Part shown: piece after piece, positions 58,747 to 64,000 of the stretch
Layout: the number at the start of each line of letters is the position of its first letter
Numbering within the stretch: the first letter of the stretch is position 1
Assembly (NCBI GenBank): GCA_019359595.1
Contig: JAHHGZ010000029.1
Coordinates: 253-64,252, forward strand
Origin: Cyanomargarita calcarea GSE-NOS-MK-12-04C
GTDB taxonomy: Bacteria; Cyanobacteriota; Cyanobacteriia; Cyanobacteriales; Nostocaceae
Direction of reading: 5' to 3'
DNA: 64,000 nt
The notes under the pieces: model-generated
What the model saw: only the letters and a program-made list of their open reading frames with translations
Databases searched by the model: none
What the model was told of the DNA's origin: nothing
Made by a program: the position numbers and the translations under genes

Positions 58747-59889
58747 ATGACGTGTCAATCTGGTCGTTCATACACCATAAAAGTGGGAGATACGCTTTAT
58801 ATCATTGCTCAAAATGAGTTAGGTGATGGTAACCGTTGGCGTGAAATTCTAAAATCAAGCGGTACTTCATTTACAGAAGAAGAGGCTAGTAATTTGCAAC
58901 TGGGTCAGGAGGTCTGCATCCCTCAAACTAATACCACACCTCCCACACCTCCTACACCGTCTCCCAATGAAGGCAAACTATTTGTTGGCTACTTCCAGAG
59001 TTGGTCTGAGAAATGGGGTAGCGAACCCAATCAACTACAACTGGCTAATTTACCGTCTTATGTCAACATGGTGATTGTGTCTTTTATGAAGCCAGACGCT
59101 ACCTACGGAGGTAACCTAAGTTTGGCGGGTACAGGGCTTGATTTTAGTGCAGATGGTTCAGTGGTAAAAGGTGCGATCGCATTGCTCAAGCAAAGAAATC
59201 CCAATACAAAAGTGCTGGTAGCTGTCGGTGGAGCTACTTACCATAATTTTGCTGGTCTGAATGTCGGTGCGATCGCTTCTGTTGTGAAAGACTTTGGATT
59301 TGACGGTGTAGATATTGACTACGAGCCGTTTAATACTGCTCAGTGCTCATCTACAAACGGTAAGATATCCTGCACGTCTGATACTGAGTATCGTCGGATT
59401 GTAAACGAAATTCGCCAAGCACTTCCAAGGCCCTATCTGGTTACGCTTGCCGCTTGGAGCATCGGTGCCTATGGTGAGGGGGAGTGGACAAATTCTAAGC
59501 CTCAAGGTGCGCTGACCGGTTTACTCTTAAATTTGCTTCAGTCGTCTGATGCTAACAAGATTGACCTACTCAATGTCATGTCCTATGATGCCAGTCCCGA
59601 ATACAAACCACAAGAAGCTTTAGTAGCATATCAAAACTATTTCAAGGGAAAAATTGTCATGGGCGTTGAAGTCCCACCAGAAGGATGGGGGGGGCATATT
59701 TACACCATACCCGAAGTTCGTAATCTGGTAAATGCAGTTCGTGAAAAAAATGCAGCAGGGATGATGCTGTGGAGCATTCAAAAACAGCCAAATGGAACGC
59801 CTAGTGATAACAATCCAAGCGCTCAGATGATTGCCAAAGAAATCTGTCAACAATTATCTCTAGGCAATTGCGATCTGCCACTTTCTTAA
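58747..59889 (+). CDS. LysM + glycoside hydrolase family 18 (class III chitinase/hevamine-like)
   Basis: 380 aa with an N-terminal LysM, then a (b/a)8-type sequence with the catalytic FDGVDIDYE (DxxDxDxE). Confidence 0.85.
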   Translation: MTCQSGRSYTIKVGDTLYIIAQNELGDGNRWREILKSSGTSFTEEEASNLQLGQEVCIPQTNTTPPTPPTPSPNEGKLFVGYFQSWSEKWGSEPNQLQLANLPSYVNMVIVSFMKPDATYGGNLSLAGTGLDFSADGSVVKGAIALLKQRNPNTKVLVAVGGATYHNFAGLNVGAIASVVKDFGFDGVDIDYEPFNTAQCSSTNGKISCTSDTEYRRIVNEIRQALPRPYLVTLAAWSIGAYGEGEWTNSKPQGALTGLLLNLLQSSDANKIDLLNVMSYDASPEYKPQEALVAYQNYFKGKIVMGVEVPPEGWGGHIYTIPEVRNLVNAVREKNAAGMMLWSIQKQPNGTPSDNNPSAQMIAKEICQQLSLGNCDLPLS

Positions 59890-59991
59890 GCCAATAATTC
59901 GTACAGAATAACCAAGCATCTCATCTTCCAAAACTTAAAGCGGTCATCTTTTACTTAGCAATAAAACTCAACTTCAAAGAAGGAGAAAATC

Positions 59992-60981
59992 ATGACTAAC
60001 AATGAAGACACAACAAACTTTGATGGATTATTGAAGAGTGGCGATATTTGCACAGGTTTCATATCTGGAGCTACTTTTAAGAATAAGGCAATTCAGTACT
60101 CAGTCGTCGATGGGCTAGCCATTTTTGAAGGCTGCATCTGTCTTGGCACCGTTGAAGAAATGGAGAAGAAAACAGCTGCTATCCGAGCCGGACAAGATAT
60201 TGAAGAGAACCCTCCTACACGCGGTCTATTCATCCCAGGACAGCAGTATCGCTGGACAAATGGTATTGTGCCCTATGAAATCGATCCTAATCTCCCCAAT
60301 CAGAAGCGCGTTACGGATGCGATCGCTCACTGGGAACAAAAGACTCACATCAGGTTCGTGAATCGAACAAGCAACAATGCCAATCAATATCCGAACTACA
60401 TTCGCTTCCGACCTGCCGATGGCTGCTGGTCTCTTATCGGTATGCGAGGGGGCAAGCAAGATATTGGTCTAGCCAATGGTTGCGGCTTGGGTTCTACAAT
60501 CCACGAAATTGGTCATGCATTGGGGCTTTGGCACGAGCAAAGTCGAGAAGATAGAGATAGACACATTCAAATTCATTGGCAGAACATTGAGTCTGACCAT
60601 CAGCATAACTTTAACCAACACATCAATGACGGTGATGACCACGGTTCTTACGATTATGACTCGATCATGCATTACGGATCGACAGCTTTTTCTAAAAACG
60701 GTCAACCAACAATTACAACCGTTTCATCTGGAAGACCCATCGGGCAAAGAAATGGTCTTAGCAATGGTGATATAGCTACTATCCGATTTCTCTATCCAGG
60801 GACAACTCCTCAGTTACGTCCGTACACCATAAAACAGGGAGATACATTGTTTTTAATTGCTGAACGAGAGTTAGGTGATGGTAACCGTTGGCGTGAAATC
60901 ATGAAAACATCTAATGGCGGCTCTTTTACAGAACAGGAGGCTAATAATTTGCAAGTGGGTCAGGTAGTCTACCTTCCTTAA
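59992..60981 (+). CDS. astacin-family (M12A) zinc metalloprotease with C-terminal LysM
   Basis: 329 aa with HEIGHALGLWHEQSREDRD (HExxHxxGxxHE), a Met-turn SIMHY, and a C-terminal Lys[27 protein letters not shown]. Confidence 0.85.
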   Translation: MTNNEDTTNFDGLLKSGDICTGFISGATFKNKAIQYSVVDGLAIFEGCICLGTVEEMEKKTAAIRAGQDIEENPPTRGLFIPGQQYRWTNGIVPYEIDPNLPNQKRVTDAIAHWEQKTHIRFVNRTSNNANQYPNYIRFRPADGCWSLIGMRGGKQDIGLANGCGLGSTIHEIGHALGLWHEQSREDRDRHIQIHWQNIESDHQHNFNQHINDGDDHGSYDYDSIMHYGSTAFSKNGQPTITTVSSGRPIGQRNGLSNGDIATIRFLYPGTTPQLRPYTIKQGDTLFLIAERELGDGNRWREIMKTSNGGSFTEQEANNLQVGQVVYLP

Positions 60982-61305
60982 CTTGAGGATGTATCCTAAC
61001 AGGACTTACGATATTGTCACAAATCATCGAAGGGAAGAGACGCTACAAACCTTTATTTATTTGTGCCGACCTACTTAGTACAGTTTTGCATTAATTCGTA
61101 GCGTTTTTAAACGCAGAGGTACGCAGAGTTTTTTTAAGAGGATTCGCTACGAATTTATGAAATTGTGTACTTAGTCCGGAATCGAAAACTCTCATCGGAA
61201 GAATAAAGTTTCCTAAATAAATTAGCTGGCAAAACTTATCCTGCTAAATTTAGGACTACTGAGACTCTAATGGAAGACAGCTACTCTGTTTTTTAATGAA
61301 CGTAA

Positions 61306-61671
61306 ATGTCAAATAATGTGTCCCGACTTGTAATAGGTGAAATCGTTTTCTCTGAAAAGCTGGATTCATTCTCTGGAGCCAACGTGAATGTATATCTTGA
61401 AGATGTGAGTTCTCTGGATGCTCCCTCTAGGATTGTCGTCAAACAAGTGATTGCTGATATTTCCCATGAAATAGGGACTGAGAATCGGGTTAAATTTGCT
61501 TTAAAAGGTGAGAATTTAAATGAATGGGCAAGTTATTCAATCCGTGTACATATCTCTCTTCATGGAGATGAACAAATCCACCGTGGAGACTATATCACTA
61601 TGGAGAGCTATCCAGTTCTTACATTTGGATATCCAAATCAGGTATTAGTATATGTACAAAAGGTGAAGTAG
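61306..61671 (+). CDS. hypothetical protein
   Basis: 121-aa ORF downstream of the astacin gene with no recognisable motif. Confidence 0.3.
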   Translation: MSNNVSRLVIGEIVFSEKLDSFSGANVNVYLEDVSSLDAPSRIVVKQVIADISHEIGTENRVKFALKGENLNEWASYSIRVHISLHGDEQIHRGDYITMESYPVLTFGYPNQVLVYVQKVK

Positions 61672-61761
61672 CATTTTTAGGGAAGATAACAGCCAAAAAA
61701 TCATCAAGAGAAGTAAATAGCTAGAGAGGGCCTTTTGTAGTGAAACTTTATCTCTTGAAGA

Positions 61762-62010
61762 AGGAAGAAGGAAGAGGTTTTTGAGTTGGAGATTCAGACC
61801 CCAACTCAATACGGGCAACTTGTAGAGGTCGGGGTATTAAACCCCCTGCTCCCGGATAAAAAATGCCTATTTTAGTCACAGAAATCGACGCTTAAATTAG
61901 AGATTAAATTCAGATTAATACTGAATTATTTATCCTCGCCGGGGGGTTAATACCCCAACTCAAAACTTCCTTCTTCCTTCTTCCTTCTTCCTTCTTCCTT
62001 CTTCCTTCAT
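61762..62010. mobile_element. MITE-like inverted-repeat element ending in (TTCCTTC)n microsatellite
   Basis: The left arm is GAAGAAGGAAGAAGGAAGAGGTTTTTGAGTTGG...GGGGTATTAAACCCC. The right arm is GGGGGGTTAATACCCCAACTCAAAACTTCCTTCTTCCTTC... The two are imperfect reverse complements, and the right end carries 6 x TTCCTTC. Confidence 0.5.
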
Positions 62011-62026
62011 TCATTGGTACTTAATT

Positions 62027-64000
62027 GTGAACGAACAACACCATCAAACTTATATAAACCTGATTGAATCTTTGCTAAAATGTAGAAATAGCGAAGAAGT
62101 CTCAGCTATTTTAAATAGTAACCAAGCCATTGTAGATTCTGATTTGGTGCGAATTATGTTAGAAGTCACAGAAAATCTGAAAGCTCAGGGTAACATAGAT
62201 GCTTCTAATTATTTAACAAATATTGCTGTTCATTTGTTAATTGTTATTGGAAATAAGTTATTAGATCAAAAGAATCTTTCCAAGGCTAGAGAGTTGTATG
62301 AGCAAAGTTTGAATATCGCCAATAAAATAGATACCAACTCAAGCAAGTTACTACAGGTAGATATTCTCAATGCTTTAGGAAGCTCTCACAATCCCCCGCA
62401 CGACTGGAACTTAGACAAAGCAATAGAGGTCTGCGAAAAAAGTTTGGGTATTGCTAAAGATATAGGCTACCGTCATGGAGAAGGCGTTGCTTTAATATGC
62501 ATAGGAAAAGCTTATTCTTGGTATCCCGGTCAGAAAAGGAACTTTCCCGAGGCGATAAAGTGCTACGAGCAGGCTAAAGCGATCTTCCAGGAGACAAACA
62601 ATCTTCAAGGGGTATTGGATGCTCTGTGGCCTTTGCAGGATTCTTATTATTATATAAGCAATTATGGCTCGGCGATAAAGTCCAATAATGAGATATTGGA
62701 TATTGCACGACGTTTTAATATACGCACTTTAGAAGCTAGCGCTCTGTTTCAACTGGGGATTAATTACCAAGCCTTAGACCAATTAGCCGAAGCGAAAAAG
62801 TGCTACGAAGAGAGTTTGAACATCGCAAATGAATTAGATATTGAAGTTGGAGGTCAGATCAAGGTAGGTAGTTTGCAAGGTATGGGAAGCTATCACAAGA
62901 GGAAGAGAGAATTAGCCAAGGCGTTGGAGAGCTATAAACAGAGTTTTGATGTTACTGAGAAGATATTAGACATTGCTAAGAACAAAAACGATCGCCAACT
63001 TCAAGAAAGGACTCTACAGGGACAAGCTAATGCTTTGCAACCTCTGGCTGAGATATACTTATCCCAAGGAAACTTAGCTCTGGCATGGGAGTACAACGAA
63101 CGGAGCTTGAAAATTAAGCAAGAACTTCAAGATCAGATCGGTACAGGAAACTCTATAGGCTTTCGGGGAAGTATTTATCTTGTGCAAGGCAAATATACCG
63201 AAGCACTGAGTTACTTTGAGCAGAGTTTGACAATCATGGAAGAAGTCAAAAACGCCTCTGGAAAAGCAAGTACTCTGACTGATATAGGAGTTGCTTACCT
63301 TGGCTTAAATCAAATTGAGAAAGCAGAAAATAGGCTACGCTTGGGGATTGAACTATGGGAGTCTGTTCGGGGAAAATTGGGTGAGCATGATGATTTCCAA
63401 GTATCAATCTTTGAGCAGCAAGCCAGAACCTACCATCTACTGCAAGCTGCTCTCATTGACCAGGAGAAACCCCTGGCAGCTTTGGAAATTGCTGAACGCG
63501 GTCGAGCTAGGGCGCTTGTAGAGTTATTGAGCAGGGGTTTACAGGGGCAATTGGCTGAAAGAGAAATCACTTCTTCAACTCTTCAGCAGATTCAACAAAT
63601 TGCTAAAGAGCAAAATGCCACATTGATTGAATATTCAATTTTGTGGTCTAGAACTTTATTAATTTGGGTTATCAAACCCACTGGGGAAATTGCTTTTCGC
63701 CAAGTTGATCTACAATCCTTATTACAGCAGGCAAATACGTCAGTGGAAGAACTAGTTTCCATTGCCCGTAATTCCATAGGTGTTAGGGGAATGCGCTTTG
63801 TTAGTTCGGATTTAGACGATGGCGATCGCAAGGTTCTTCAAGATGACAACAAACCGTTACAGCTACTTTATGAAATCTTGATCCAACCGATCGCTGACCT
63901 TCTGCCAAAAGATGCAAATGAGCGCGTGATTTTTATCCCTCAAAACAGTCTGTTTCTCGTTCCATTCCCTGCTCTCCAAGATGCTTCTGGTAAATACCTA
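62027..64000 (+). CDS. TPR-repeat + CHAT-domain protein (3' truncated by window end)
   Basis: This gene is not in the ORF track because it has no stop in the window. My translation from GTG 62027 gives about 10 TPR-like repeats (..ALFQLGINYQALDQLAEAKKCYEESLNIANEL..) followed by the CHAT N-terminus (RVIFIPQNSLFLVPFPAL). An alternative start is ATG at about 62155. Confidence 0.65.
   Translation, partial: MNEQHHQTYINLIESLLKCRNSEEVSAILNSNQAIVDSDLVRIMLEVTENLKAQGNIDASNYLTNIAVHLLIVIGNKLLDQKNLSKARELYEQSLNIANKIDTNSSKLLQVDILNALGSSHNPPHDWNLDKAIEVCEKSLGIAKDIGYRHGEGVALICIGKAYSWYPGQKRNFPEAIKCYEQAKAIFQETNNLQGVLDALWPLQDSYYYISNYGSAIKSNNEILDIARRFNIRTLEASALFQLGINYQALDQLAEAKKCYEESLNIANELDIEVGGQIKVGSLQGMGSYHKRKRELAKALESYKQSFDVTEKILDIAKNKNDRQLQERTLQGQANALQPLAEIYLSQGNLALAWEYNERSLKIKQELQDQIGTGNSIGFRGSIYLVQGKYTEALSYFEQSLTIMEEVKNASGKASTLTDIGVAYLGLNQIEKAENRLRLGIELWESVRGKLGEHDDFQVSIFEQQARTYHLLQAALIDQEKPLAALEIAERGRARALVELLSRGLQGQLAEREITSSTLQQIQQIAKEQNATLIEYSILWSRTLLIWVIKPTGEIAFRQVDLQSLLQQANTSVEELVSIARNSIGVRGMRFVSSDLDDGDRKVLQDDNKPLQLLYEILIQPIADLLPKDANERVIFIPQNSLFLVPFPALQDASGKYL

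Noticed and set aside
63315-63831. ORFs 63315-63521 (+) and 63592-63831 (-)
   Set aside because: They lie inside, or antisense to, the long uninterrupted TPR-CHAT reading frame.
1-64000. Search by eye for tRNA, rRNA, tmRNA or riboswitch-like structures
   Set aside because: No cloverleaf-compatible or rRNA-like segment was recognised. Covariance-model scanning (tRNAscan-SE/Infernal) would be needed to be sure.

Overview
This is a 64 kb window from what is most likely a filamentous Nostocales-type cyanobacterial chromosome. Supporting signs are dense HIP1 octamers (GCGATCGC), WD40-fused Ser/Thr kinases, a GUN4-fused kinase, PSRP-3/Ycf65, CHAT/WD40 giant proteins and several MITE-like elements. 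The window breaks into seven parts.

1. 0.1-19.5 kb: a complete Wzx/Wzy-type exopolysaccharide locus. It has a Wzc-like BY-kinase (divergent, minus strand), seven soluble glycosyltransferases (six GT4-type plus a CgeB-like one), a Wzx flippase, a Wzy-like polymerase, an ArnT/PMT-like GT-C paired with a fused GtrB-GtrA-like GT2, a further GT2, a DUF218 protein and a WcaF-like acetyltransferase.
2. 19.5-21.5 kb: a junction with a short tRNA-guanine-transglycosylase-like zinc-motif protein translationally coupled to a 108-aa ORF, and an Rpn-family nuclease gene interrupted by a single in-frame TAA.
3. 21.6-27.1 kb: a tailoring islet of GT1 UDP-glycosyltransferase, stand-alone condensation-domain (HHxxxDG) protein, a second GT1 and a cytochrome P450. 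No scaffold synthase is in the window.
4. 27.5-40.5 kb: a mixed block with HAD hydrolase, PSRP-3, STK-WD40, flotillin, an RsbW/STAS/HAMP-PP2C partner-switching module, peptide deformylase, an S8 subtilase and a free-standing paralogue of the subtilase N-terminal propeptide-like domain.
5. 41.5-46.1 kb: a 1540-aa CHAT protease-STAND NTPase-TM-14xWD40 protein. A second TPR-CHAT gene runs off the window end at 62.0-64.0 kb and is absent from the ORF track.
6. 48.5-53.7 kb: a visibly AT-rich three-gene island of P-loop NTPase, DUF1822-like protein and a protein with a sigma-70 region-4-like HTH.
7. 54.5-61.0 kb: a same-strand cluster of homologues of the plant pathogenesis-related families, with five LysM modules that share a conserved 29-nt core. 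The members are two CAP/PR-1-like proteins, a GH19 chitinase, a thaumatin-like protein, a GH18 chitinase, a LysM-3D protein and an astacin-LysM metalloprotease.

At least four dispersed short-repeat or MITE-like families are also present. No rRNA, tRNA or CRISPR array was found by eye.
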